Source of the DNA: Lama guanicoe
Lineage: Eukaryota
Length of the DNA stretch: 64,000 nt
NCBI GenBank assembly: GCA_013239625.1
Contig: MU053487.1
Location: forward strand, 1,383,058-1,447,057
Reading direction: 5' to 3'
Shown here: in pieces, positions 12,601 to 25,814 of the stretch
Layout of the letters: every line of letters begins with the position of its first letter
Position numbering within the stretch: the first letter of the stretch is position 1
Translations under genes and position numbers: made by a program
The notes under the pieces: generated by a model
Seen by the model: the letters and a program-made list of their open reading frames with translations, nothing else
What the model was told of the DNA's origin: nothing
Database searches by the model: none

Positions 12601-13980
12601 CATATGCATCAAGACCAAAGAGAAACAATGGAATCCTATACCTAGGGAGTACCAGTGACTGCGCTAGTTGCTCAGCTCAGTCCTACGTCATTTTATAGCC
12701 TGTCCAGCATGCTACCATGAGTCATTCTCCCCAAGCATGTTTCCTCTCCTTCCCTAGCTGGTCCCATACTTCTAAGCTTCTGTTTTCTAATTTGGATGAA
12801 TGAGTGAACTTGGCTGAGGCAATGCATTGTCAAAGCTGATTTATGTTGTTGTCAATCCAAACTGCTTAGCTCTGCAGCTGAAATTAGCCTTACATGCCCA
12901 TTGTTCAGAGTTCAGAAAAACACCGTCTGTTCTATTGTTCAGCCGTAGTCAGGGTACAGAGTCCCTGTGCCGTCATTCTTTTCCACATGCATCATGCTTC
13001 CCTACAATAATGGGTGACTCTGCTGCAGAGGGTCTTGGATGCCTCACAGAAAAGCACAGAGCAGTTTTTACAAACGTGCAGCAGTGCGCTGGAGGTGGAG
13101 GAAGAATATCTGAAAAGCTAAATAACTCCTAGCCATTTTTATTTTCACGGAATGCATCCAAGCACTAACGAGAAACGCCGGTTTGTTTTTTTCATGATAG
13201 CATAAGCCATTAAAACTGTAGGTCTCCTTTCTCAGACAAGACAAAAGAGCTGCAAGTCAGAAATGTCCATAATGAGTGCCCAGTCATTGTCTGGGTGAAG
13301 CCCTGAGTGATTCATCCGAAGGTAAAGAACAGGCTTTTTCTATATATGCCTTTCCTGTATCAATCAGAACCCAGACAGGAAACAAAACTATACTCCAATT
13401 AGGATAATTTGAGAAATATTTACTTATGAATGAGTTCTCAAAGGTTAAAAACTAGGAGAGTGCACTGATCGTGGGAAATTTTGCTGCTCTTACCACCCCT
13501 AGTCCTGAGTGAATGGAGTGGTTACTGGAATCTAGAAGCAGAGAGCTCGGCAGAGAAGCCCACGTGAGGGGAGGAGTGGCTTCTGGCCATAGGACACGGC
13601 TAGCCCAGAGGGAGCCTGAGGAACATGTAACTACCTACTCTCCTCTCCTTCTTACATTTACGGGGGCCTCCCATTGGCTACACGCAACCAGGAAGCAGAG
13701 ATGAAGAATCCCACTGCCACAGCTATAAGGGTTACAAATCAGCCTCCAAGACAAAAGTAAGATGAAGTATGGAGAGGGTCAGTCTGAAGAGACAAGCAAA
13801 GGATGTAAATTATTTGTCAGTGTTTCCATTCCTTATGTTCTCCTTAAAGTCACCTTCCCTGGGTGACTGCTCTGAGCTCCACACTCTTGGTGCTGGATCT
13901 CTCAGCACTCCTGAGTCTGGGGAAGCTGCTAGCAGATGCTGTATCTCATGTATGCTGCTGTTTAGAAGACTTCATAGCTT

Positions 13981-14136
13981 CTTTTTTTTTAAAAAAGAGC
14001 TTTATTGTGATATGGCCCATGTACAGTAAATAACACATATTTCAGATGTATAATTTGATAAATTTTGGTAGATGTATAAACCTACGAAACCACCACCACA
14101 ATCAAGATGGCTAACATTTCCATCACTCCCAAAGAG
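13981..14136 (-). mobile_element. Old L1M 3' end fragment
   Basis: gctttattgtgatat...gaaaccaccaccacaatcaagatggctaacatttccatcactcccaaa. Confidence 0.75.
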
Positions 14137-15060
14137 GTGCAAATTTTGAACTCCCAATTTATCCTTTCCCACCTCCTTTACCACCCTGTGGTAACTGTTT
14201 TGTAAATAAGTTCATTTGTCTTTTTTTTTTAAGATTCCACATATAAGTGATATCATATGGTATTTTTCTTTCTCTTTCTGGCTTACTTCACTTAGAATGA
14301 CACTCTCCAGGTCCATCCATGTTTCTGCAAATGACATTATTTTATTATTTTTTATGACTGACTAGTATTCCATTTTACATATACACCACACCTTCTTTAT
14401 CCAGTCATCTGTCGATGGACATTTGGGTTGGCTATTGGGCATTTGCCTTTGCTATTGTAAATAATGCTACTGTGAACGTTGGGGTGTGTGCATCTTTTCG
14501 AATTGTATTTTCCTCCAGATATATGGCCAGGAGTGGGATTGCTGGATCATACGGTAAGTCTATTTGTGGCTTTTTGAGGAATCTCCATACTGTCCCGTAT
14601 AGTGGCTGCGCCAATTTACATTGCCACCAACAGTGTAGGAGGGTTCATTTTTCTCCACACCCTCTCCAGCGTTAATCGTTTGTGGACTTTTGAATGATGG
14701 CCATTCTGACTGGTGTGAGGTGATACCTCATTGTAGTTTTGATTTGCATTTCTCTAACAATTAGTGATATTGAACATCTTTTCATGTGCTTGTTGGACAT
14801 CTGGATGTCTTCTTTGGAGAGATGTTTATTTAGGTCTTCTGCCCATCTTTTGATTGGATTACCTGGTTTTTTGATATTAAACTGTGTGAACTGTTTGTAT
14901 ATTTTGGAAATTAATCCCTTGTTGGTCACATCATTTGCAAATATTTTCTCCCATTCTGTAGGTTGTCTTTCCATTTTGTTGATGGTATCCTTAGATGTAC
15001 AAAACCTTTTAAGTTTAATTAGATTCCATTTGTATATTTTTGCTTTTATTTCCATTGCTC
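14137..15060 (-). mobile_element. L1 fragment, ORF2 C-terminus plus partial 3'UTR
   Basis: Minus ORFs 14672-15055 ([25 protein letters not shown]) and 14432-14614 ([22 protein letters not shown]). Confidence 0.93.
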
Positions 15061-17474
15061 TTTAAAATTGTGTACATCTTGCTTAGAGATATGGAGATTT
15101 CTCCTTATAGCCAGCTGAAATCTTGGAAAGTGAGTCATTTATAGTAGGCAGCAAGAGTTGGAACAGTGGCCACTAGGTTGTTTGGGGTTACGATAACAGC
15201 TGCTGAACTAGAATGATTTATCTTTAGCCTTAGCATTATTCAGAGACTTCATATTACATGGGAGCTGAACACTCCACTGAATCGTTTTGGATGAATTTAA
15301 TAACAATTCTGCAATTCATACCATTAGGCACAAAAGTAGTCTTAGGGGTGCTCGGTCCTACCTCTGCTGAAGGAGAGGAAGGGATCATCTTCTCCAATGA
15401 ATTCTCCTTCTCCTAAGAGCATCTTTTTTACTATTATACTATTAGGGGACTGAAAATCCCATCTTTTTTAAACAAATAAATGCTAGCATTGTATGAGCAG
15501 CTTGGCGTACATTTTGAAGATCTTCCCTTGCTTAATGACGTGATAGAATCCCTGGCCTTAAAGATGAGGGTCTCATGTTCCTTGCTGGTTTTAGTAACAG
15601 CTTAAATGACAGTTGCCTTTAGCAATGCCTATATTAATGAAGCAAGAGCCCATATTTCCCCCATTGTGTATGGAAAGGTTAGACTCAAATTGAAAGTGAA
15701 CGTTTTGTTAGCCTTCCCTTAAGCACTTTGAAAAACATCAAATATGAAAATCCACCAGGAGATGCAGAATCTATTGTAAGAATGATCTTTTTTCTTTCCA
15801 TTTTATAAAAAAAAAATTGAACTGAGGAAACTCATGGAGTTTTCCTTTTGCAGTTGGCTTTCAAAAGTTTCTCAGTAAAATGTATTTTAGAAAAAAAAGT
15901 TAATGAAGTCATTTTTTTGAGCTTCTTTCTTCCCACATTTGTGCTAACGAACATGAAACAATCACAGCAATGAATTAATTACTCTAATAACATTTCTCAT
16001 AATCACATTCTTTCAAGAACAAGGGTATTTTTCCTTCTTGTGTTGAAGAACAGCCAATCGAAATACAGAGGTAATTGTTCTAAAAACTCCTTGCTCTCCC
16101 TTTTAATATAATTATTTTAAATATCTAGGGAGAAAAACTAAGACACAATCATATGAGGAATTAATTACTCTATTAACATTGCTTTTACTCAGTTTCATTT
16201 ATTCACAGTTCTGGAAGGGGCCCTCCTGAGGTCATCATTCCATGTATCTGCCACCTGTCAAGGATGCTTCTAAACCATGCAGACAGATGGGCAGTCTGCT
16301 GATGGTTTTGCTCCACCATTTAAGTTTCATTTATTTTTCTTCTTTCTCTCTCTTTCATCATCCCTTGTTCTGCGCATTATGGGCTATTATTACCCAGAAG
16401 AATAAATACATGTATATAGTTTTTCCATTTTCATTCTTCTCCAGTTCTTCCAATTTCTTAAAGATAATACGTTATGTCAAAAGCATACTTCGTTAAACCT
16501 AGAACTTATTTTGGGGAAGTAGCATGTCTTCAAAAATCTGTTTCCTTTTTGAAGATGTGAACTGAAACATTGCAAGCTGTGTAATGAGAGCACTCAGGAA
16601 ACAGTCCAGGGAGAATAAAAAGGGTAAAGACACATATTGGGAATATTGTATCTTTCCTACCACTGGCCATAAATTACAGTTTGAACAGTGACATTTATTG
16701 GTGAGATTCTTTAGCACCCTGCGTGTTTACCACCTTCTAAACATTCCCTTTTAAACATTTTAAAGAGAATAAAAAATAGTCATTCAAAATAAAAGTCACT
16801 GTGTTTTTTAACGAGTTGCAGTAATATGCTTTTGAAGAAAATTGTCAAATGAGCGAAAGATACTTTAGGAAAAACTCCTCTAACTCTTGTCCCATAAGAT
16901 GAATGACCATTTCAACTACCCATATCCATTTTCTCATCCTTTCTCCTTCTCAGTATTCACGAGTCCAGAGTTTGAATTAAAAACTGAATAGATGTAAGTT
17001 ACAACCTTGGGTTCACATCTAGGGCCGTAATCATTCTGATTTTGGAGAGAGTTTTGAGGTAGAGTCCAGATAATGGTTCTCTATCCACAGACACCATGTA
17101 GTCAAAAACTCCCATGGAACTAAAGTCTAAGGATTACATATTTCATATGTCAATCTAGATTCATGTTTAAAGACATGTGATGATCTCAAGTGTTGCCCTC
17201 TACCAATCTTTTGCCTTTGTGTGTGATTATTCTCAAGGGTTAATTAGTGATACTACAGTGTCTTTAGCACCGGATTTTATTAGCTCATTTCTCCACCTGA
17301 GAAATTGCAAAGAGAAGCACTCTGGAGTTGGGTTCTGTCTGTTGGTTTAAGCTGATTTGATATCAGACCTGCTCTTGAGATAATGAAAAGAGCTGCATCA
17401 GCTTTTGCTATGAACAAGCGCCTCAGAACACAGTGGCTTACAATAGCTATTTTCTTTGGCTCAGTTAGGTGAGA

Positions 17475-17770
17475 TGTCCTTTAAGAAGAGGAGAAGGAGA
17501 AGACAAATGGAAATACACACAGAGAGGAAGAATGTGGAGTTGGGAGCGGTGCTGCTACATGCCAAGGTAAGTCAAAGATTGCTGGAAAACACCAGAAGTT
17601 AGGGGGCAGGCATAAGGTAGATTCTTCTTTATAACTCTCAGAAGGAACCAACCCTGCTGACCCTGTGATTTCAGACTTCTAGCCTCCAGAAATGTGAGAG
17701 AATAAATGTCTGTTGTTTCATGCTTCCAATTTGTGGCACTTTGCTATGGCAGCTCTAGGAAGTGAATACG
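17475..17770 (+). mobile_element. MaLR LTR (MLT1C/D-like) nested in an older MLT1 fragment
   Basis: gaaggaaccaaccctgctgacc...gacttctagcctccagaaatgtgagagaataaatgtctgttgttt...tttgctatggcagc. Confidence 0.8.
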
Positions 17771-18159
17771 TGGTGGTTTCAGGGTTCCAAAGAGGCGGAG
17801 GAGAGAGTAAGCCCAATATTCAGGCTGTTTTCAAGTCTTTTGATCACATTTGCTAATGTCCCATGGGCAACAGAATGTCACATGGATAACGAAAGACTAA
17901 AAAATTAGTCTCCAGCTGTTGTTGAAAGGAGCCGGAAGTTGCATTGCAAAGAGGTTTGGAAATACAGGAGAACACCTGGCTGGTTTCTGTCATTCCGTCT
18001 CTGCCCACTTGACACGTGGCCTCTACCCTGTGATCCGTGGGTAGCACAAGCTAGCATACGGCTCAACTATGCCCCTCAGTGCCTGTTTTCTTCAAGATGC
18101 TGTGAAGGACATTATAAGATTAACTGGTAAAAAGATCACTTGAATTGACTCTTTTCATT

Positions 18160-18853
18160 TTCTTTTTTTACTGAAGTATAGTTGATTTATAATGTGTTAC
18201 TTTCAAGTACACAATATAGTGATTTGATATTCTTACAGATTATACTCAACTTAAAGTTATTATAAAGTATTGGCTATATTCTCCGTACTGTATGTTATAT
18301 CTTTGTATCTGATTTATTTTATTTCTTGTAGTCCCCTCCCCTTGTCATTCCCTTCCCCACCTGTTTCCCCACGGGTAACCACTAGTTTGTTCCGTATATC
18401 TATGAGTCTGTTACTGCTTTGTTATATTCATTCCTTTATTTTTTAGATTCCACATATAAGTGAAAACATACAGTATTTTTCTGTCTCTATCTGATTTCGC
18501 TGTAATATCCTCTGGGTCCTTCCATGTCAGTGCAAATGGTAAAATTTCATTCATTCCTTTTTATGATTGAGTAATATTCCATAATGTATATATACATATA
18601 AATGTATGTGTATATATATATATATGTTGGATCATATGGTAGTTATATTTTTTAATTTTTGAGGAACCTCCATGCTGTTTTCCATAGTGGCTGCACCAAT
18701 TTACATTCCCACCAGCAGTGTACAAGGGTTCCCTTTTCTCCACATCCTCAAGAATGTTTACCATTTGTTGTCTTTATGATGATAGCCATTGTGACAAGTG
18801 TGAGGTGTTACCTCATTGTGGTTTTGATTTGCATTTCCCAGATGATTAGCATC
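18160..18853 (-). mobile_element. L1 3' end fragment
   Basis: ttttactgaagtatagttgattta...tagattccacatataagtga...ccatagtggctgcaccaatttacattcccaccagcag. Confidence 0.9.
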
Positions 18854-19369
18854 TAGGCAGTTGGACTCGCAGACCAGAAATATAGACTTTGGGTAATGAA
18901 CTGCAGTTTAGATTCCCATTGGACATTTGACTGAACAATTACAACCAAACTCTCGTAGTTACCCTATTAACATCTCTTAGAAGATAAATTAAACCTGGAA
19001 GTTTCCTAAGGTCATACTTCTGTTTCTTTGTCTGACCTTTTGTCTCCTCACATAAGTGTATCAATTTCACAGAAAGGCATAAGTAACAGGTAACAGAGCA
19101 TCTTTGTCACTGCCAATTTCTTTTGGTGCACTGGGACATTAAGGGAATATTCCCTACAATTTCTTATGTATGTTTGTTCGGATGATGTATCTCTCACTAA
19201 GTTTAAACTTCAAAGGACTTTGTTCACTTGAAAATGCTATGAAGGATATTATTAAACCAACTAATAAAATTGTTACAAGGATAATAGGTTGGACAAGATT
19301 ATTTTATCAATATACATTTATGAATTTATCAACTTTACTCTGATATGTAAGAAAATATTTCCATTCTTG

Positions 19370-19560
19370 GAGAATCTTCATTGAAGCGTATGAGGGGTAA
19401 AGGGGTCATGATATACACAGCTTATTTTCAAATTGCTCAGAAAAAAATAGGTAAACATACACATATAGGAAATGTGGTAAAATATTGACAATAGGTAAAT
19501 AGAAGTAAAAAAATAGTGTTCTTTTACTACTTTTACTTTTTGCAACATTTTAAACTTTAT
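19370..19560 (+). mobile_element. Old L1ME-like 3' end
   Basis: gaggggtaaaggggtcatgat...tcaaattgctcagaaaaaa...aatgtggtaaaatattgacaataggt. Confidence 0.55.
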
Positions 19561-21639
19561 TATTAAAGTTATATATATAATTATATTAATATATACACAA
19601 TATATAAAATTAAGACATGGTAACATATATTGAAGTTATATATAATAATTGAAAATTATTTCTAAATGTAAAATTTAACATTAAAAATATTTTGTTTTCA
19701 CAAAATCAAATGGCAACCAAGTCTTGTCGACGCCAATTTCACTTTGCTTTCTTTTTAACACTGCACCGTTGTTATTTTTTTTCCCTCTGCGAAGAAGGTG
19801 ACATCACCTTCTGTGGAAAGATTTTTAGCAGCTCAGCTCCATTTTGGAAAGACCAGCTCCTCATGATTTTTTACTCATGCAGAGGGTCTAAGTAGGCAGG
19901 CAATCTGTCTGTCAGGCTGCACCAGATGTCGCAGCTATTAAGTTGATCTATGACCCAAGGCCCACAGTCTCTCAAAGGCAGGCTAATGGCGGAGAAAAGC
20001 AGGTGAGTAAAATGTCAAGAAGAGCGGCAGTGAGGACTGAGAAGAGTATGCTGATCCGCTTTGTAAACAGGAAGATGGATGGAAAGTAGAAGCATTATGT
20101 TCAATGGTCCTCACTGAACATGAAAAATCACTTTTTCTATATTAGTAAATGGCATTAGGTATATTCATACATCCCTTTTATCACAGCCAACACAGTCATG
20201 CAGTCACAGACCCGATGATAAAAAAGAAAAATTGTTCGTGTCTTAAATATCTTTTATTCGGTAACCAGTTTGTCAAGAAGGCTCAACTTGATGGGGTTTA
20301 AAGGTGAAAGAACTTTATTTTTTCCATCACTACTTTGTTGAAGTTCCCATTGCTATCCATTAATGATATCATACGAATTCCACAGCTTCTCATTCACTGG
20401 CAATTATTAAAATTTGGTCCATTTCAAAGCTTCAAAGTCAAGCTCAATTTAAAATTCATTTCTTCGCCATCCTCTACATAATCCCCCAGCCCCCCACCCC
20501 CAATCACTGCTGCCAGTGCAAGACTGGGCAGGAATGCTGACTGTGGAGTGAGAGAGTGAGATTTTTGTTTCTGAGACCCATACACCTCTTCCAGTCCAGC
20601 TTATCCAGAGAGCTGCAGCTGGAAAGAAGGGGCGGCATAGGTGGAATTTCTTCTTAATTGACAAGGCAAGGTTTTAGTGACCTATGTTGTCCTCAGAATG
20701 GCAGACCTGTAAGCCCTGCCTCTCTCAGATGCATGTTTAACTTGTTACATAGTGAGTGTTACATTGTGGTTTCTCCACTGCACCTTTGCCTGATCCTGAG
20801 TCAGGAGATCTAAGTAGAACCAGATGACCCAAGCTCAGCTGCCATTTGACTTATGGGAAACTCAGATATTCTTCCCAAACTGCCCACCGCCTCTCTGCCA
20901 GACAACTCTCTCTCCTTTTATCTCCACATAGGCCCAGCAGCAGATGTGCATGTCCCTTGCCAAGCAAGTGTCCATCCAAACGACGGAAAGCCATCTCCCT
21001 CCCCATCTTGCAGCCACCCTTTGTCACTTGAAGTCACCTTTAACTTTATTTCAGAAGGACGAGCTGTCTCACTTTTTTTCTATCCACAAACCTTGAAAGA
21101 CTGCAAAGTCCAAATCAATTATGACATGATTTTGCATTCACTGTGGAGTTCAGATATAATAATTTTTCTTCCACATTCTAGTCCAAAAGTGCCCTGAAAA
21201 TTCCTTGTGGGGAACCCAGAATGCCATCGTCATTAGGCAGTAATAAGGCATTTCTTCCATACCTCCATTCCTGCTGGGGTGATGTTGCAGTAGGGGTAAG
21301 TGGGGAGCTTGGACTTTCATCCTTGCTGGCAGTAATGACCCCTACTCACCATCCCACCCATCCGCTCCCCATTCCCCACTCCTCTATGTCAGTGGAGACC
21401 AGTCCCCTGGTAGTGAGTATTAAGTGTTTATAGATATTTCTATACTTAGCTATTTAAAACTTTATTAAACATAACTTCTTACTGATGTCTTTAAACCATT
21501 AAGATACGAATCATTCTAGCTTCCTTTCTTTGCCCACATATGAATTACCACTCCAGAGGTAAGAAACCTAGCTACCACTATCCGCCATCCATTTAGTTAG
21601 TTGTTCCGTTTTAATATATATGTATACTGGTTTCTGGCA

Positions 21640-22502
21640 TAAACATAGACAAACAGAGTAGAGAGCCCAGAAATAAACCTACATCCGTATGTTCTATTGA
21701 TCATCAATAGATATGCCAAGAATACACAATGGGAAAAAGATACGTATATTTAGTTAACTGAATACACAATGGGGAAAGGGTAGTCTTTTCAACAAAGGAC
21801 ATTGAGAAAACTGGATCTTGATATGTGAAATAATGAACTTGGATCTTTATCTCACAACATATGTGAAAACCAACTCAAATTGAATTAAAGGCTTAAACAT
21901 GAAACTAAAAACTGTAAAATTCTTAGAAGAAAACATAGGGGGAAGACTTCATAGCACTGGGCTATTTACAATAGCCAAGATATGGAAGCAACCCAAGTGT
22001 CCATCAACAGACAAATGAATAAAGATGTGTATGTATGTGTTCATATATATACACACACAATGTAATATTACTCAACTACAAAATGGAATGAAATTCTGCA
22101 ATTTGCAGCAATGTGAATGGACCTACAGAATATTATGCTTAGTGAAATAAGTCAGACAAAGATAAATACTGTATGATAGTGTTTATATGTGGAATCTAAA
22201 AAATAATAAAAATGAATGTCTGTAACAAAATAGAAACAGACTTACTGATACAGAAATCAAACTAGTCATTACCAGTGAGCGGGAAGGAGGGAAGAGCACA
22301 GTAAGGGTATGGAATTAGGAGATACAAATTACTATACATAAAACAGATAAGCAACAAGGATATATTACATAGCACAGGGAATTATAGCCATTATCTTATA
22401 ATAATTTTTAATGGAGTATAAACTGTAAAATACTGAATCACTATGTTGTACAGCTGAAACTAATATGACATTGTAAAGCAACTATACTTCAATTTTAAAA
22501 AA
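21640..22502 (+). mobile_element. L1 ORF2 fragment joined at ~21960 to an L1 3' end
   Basis: gagagcccagaaataaacc...agaagaaaacatagg, then ctatttacaatagccaagatatggaagcaacccaagtgtcc through 3'UTR ending caactatacttcaatttt plus A-tract. Confidence 0.85.
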
Positions 22503-22509
22503 GACAAGA

Positions 22510-22820
22510 AAATTAAACAAAATGCACATAGATCAGAAAGGAAGAAATAAAACCATATGTTTTTGCAGATGGCATGATAATCTTCATAGAATTCCCAAAA
22601 ATACACACACACACAAAAAACCTTTTAAAACTGATAATATAGTTCATCAAAGAAACAGAAAACAAGATCCACATATAAAACTCAACTGTATTTCTATATA
22701 TTAGCAAGGAACATGTGGAAACTGAAATTAAAAACAAAATATGATTTATAATGGCTCAAATAATGAAATAGTCAGGTGTAAATCTAATAAAAAACATAAA
22801 GGACTTGGATTTTGAAAATT
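22510..22820 (+). mobile_element. Old L1 ORF2 RT fragment
   Basis: gaaaggaagaaataaaaccatatgtttttgcagatggcatgata = decayed KEEIK..FADDMI (YADD motif region). Confidence 0.75.
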
Positions 22821-23639
22821 CACCCTTAATATTTTACTTAGCTGTTTATGCTTCTGCTTTCCCAACTTGCAGTTCTTTTCTGGATCCTGTTTAAACATTT
22901 TTGTTTGTCAGTATTAACCATTCTTATTTTAAAATGTGACAGATGATTTACAGTGAGATCAATAAGTAGTTGAAATAGTGATATGCATGTCCTTGGAGGT
23001 TTGGAATGTAGAACTTAGTTTGGTAGTTAAACACCTTTTCATTATTAAAGAAGCCGGTTCGGGCAATAGAAGCTAGCACGGTCTCATGGCTTCTCTGTCA
23101 TTCGGAAGGTTAGATGTCATTGTGACTAGAATCTTCAAACTGCCTCATAGCTTTCTCCATGATACACCCACATCTTCTACTAAACATGCTTGAACTTTAT
23201 CCCTGAGAGAAGAAGGGAAAAAAAAAAGAAAGAAAAAAGGACGGGGCACTAATGGAAGAATTTAAGAAAAAAAAGTTTGCATGTGTGGGAGGGATGTGAC
23301 TCAGATTCAGAGATGTGTCTACTGACTCATGACTCCTTTTTCCAAAGAATTGCCTGCTCATCCTCAGGACAAAGAGCCGTCAGCTAATTAGTGTCCTTGA
23401 AATCCCTCAAAGAAAGAATTCCAGTAACTGTGACCTTTGTTTTACTTAGACTACTTGATCTCTCCCTCTCGTGGGACTTCAATTTTTGCTTTGTTTTAGT
23501 ACAGTTTATATAATCGCACCTTCTAAATTATACGATCCTTAAAGGCGAGAGTGTGGCATTATACCTGTTTATGTCCTTTGTGGGTTCGGCACAGCCAAAA
23601 GGCTTTGCTCATAGTAAGGGCAAATATTCAAGGAAAGAA

Positions 23640-24010
23640 AGAACTCTTTATTGCCTATATGCAAAGCACTGTGTTGTATCCTGGGAACTACACCAGTGAA
23701 TGAAATTGTCATTTAAGTGTAGATGTTACGTATCAAAATAAATAATCATACATGCAAATGTAAACTTACAAAGTCTATAACTAATACTAAGGACAATAAT
23801 TCATATATGACTGAGGTGGGAGGGAATTATGCCAAGGATCAGAAAACGGCATCTCTGAATAAGCGGTATTTAAATATTTAAGTTGAAATCTGGTCTGAGG
23901 AGTTCTCCAGGTAGAAAGTAAAGCAAAAAACATTCTTGCTAGAATGCAACAAGGAAAAACTTCTGTAGAAGGTAGGCAGGGGCTTGAAGGACTGAAATAA
24001 GCTAAAATTG
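23640..24010 (-). mobile_element. L2 fragment
   Basis: tttattgcctatatgcaaagcactgtgttg...ggatcagaaaacggcatctctgaataag...aagttgaaatctg. Confidence 0.55.
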
Positions 24011-25814
24011 GGAGTTTCTCTCTCCACTCCCCACCCCCCATAATCCTTTCCTTTTCCTCCGTGTAAGAAGTCCGGTCCCTGGGAGGCAGCCTCATCCTTG
24101 TTACATCTGAGATCTAAAGCAGCTGGGAACTTCTGTCCACAGTGAGAAACACAGACCTGTAGCCCCCGATTGTCTGAAGAAATATTTCTTTCTGTTAAAA
24201 GAAAAACGTCTTATTAGTCCAAAAATGTTGGGAGATTTAAATAAATAGCCAGGTGACTTTGATGTAAAAACTATTGAAGTATTTCCTTTAGTCTAATGGT
24301 ATTTTTGTCTTCAGTAGGTGACTGCTAACTTTCACTGCCCTAAGCTACAGCCTAGATATTATTTCATGTCATTTTGAGAGTTTCCTTTTTCTCATTTGAC
24401 AGTTTTAAATCAAGTGCATTAAAACTCTTTTTAGATGTGTTCAAAGTAGAAACAGAGTTAACGAACATACCACATCAAATTTTAGGAGACCAAAATATGT
24501 ATGTAAAAAGATTTACTGTGACCGAATTTTATGTGATTTGAAATTAGTTATTGATGAATGTACAATAAATAGCAGTTTTTCCACATCCTTGATATTATCA
24601 AAACGATTTCTCTTTTAAATGACATCTTAAAGACTTTTATCATTAAGGAAAATAAAAATCTGTTGAAACCCTAATCAGCCTTTGTATATCCTATAATAAC
24701 CATACCTGCTATTATTATTAGCCACTGATGTTCTGAATAATTTGAAAGCATAAAGAAGATAGTTTTGTCACAGTAGAGGTCAGGTCAAGTAGAATGAACA
24801 GTATGCTAAAAAAATAGCACGTTCTAGAGAATTGTGATGACAGTAACATGTCCATTTTCCTTTTCTTTTTTTTTTTTCTTTTTCAGTGTGGGAAGTTATC
24901 TAGACCACTTTTTTGTATTTGCTTTTCAAGTAATTGTCAAACAAGGCCCATAGCTTAGTGTCCTCATAGAAACAGCAGCCCCTGTTAACTTCCCGTTGTT
25001 CCTTTAACCATGGCTTAGTGGGATGAGTTTTGAGAGAATGGAGATGGAAATTGGAGTGGGGAGCACTACCTGAAGCCTGAGAAAACATTTCCATTAGAAA
25101 TCATCCTGTTTCACATTCCAAAACCCGTCATGAAGTTATGTAAGATGAAAATCTCATCTACATTTGACAGTGGGTTTTAATAAATAATGGATTTCAGTAC
25201 TGTTTATTTAGGTTTGGAATAATTTAAAGATCCCTCACTCACACAGGGAGAATATGGTAAATAGATAAGAGTGCTTTGGAAATAATGAGTATAACTATTT
25301 GGACCTCAGTATTTAATTTCCACTTTTACCTTGCTTCTACACTTGTCCTGTAATTCACAGGTGAATTCCTCTTTCCTTTTACAGCTAAAAGAAAAGAAAA
25401 TAGAGATAAGTCAGATAATTTCACTCAGAAAATTCCTGGTGCCGCCATGAACATTCAATATTTGAATATAGGACACTGGAAAGGGCAACTGGGTTCATAC
25501 TTTGAAACTATCCCATTTCTCGTGGAAGAATGGGGAAATAGCTACCTTTATAATCAGTTCTCCTCGACACTCAGGGTGTGAATGAATCACACATTTTGAA
25601 TTTTTGTTTCACATGTTCTTCAAAATTTTAGGCTACGAGCTATGAAGAGCAAAAAGATAATTGGATGTAATATAATTTTGAGTCATACCTGAGCATTTTC
25701 ATGACTGTGAGACATTAAGTTATTCATGCTTTTTAGGTGTAGGTTTTCTCAACAATTAAAAGTTTGAATATTAAACAATTAAAATTTGAATATCATGACT
25801 TCAAAATGATCACT

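Noticed and set aside
24850..24890. Very strong-looking acceptor (long T/C tract plus CAG)
   Set aside because: Simple T-rich tract with no convincing downstream donor or open frame.
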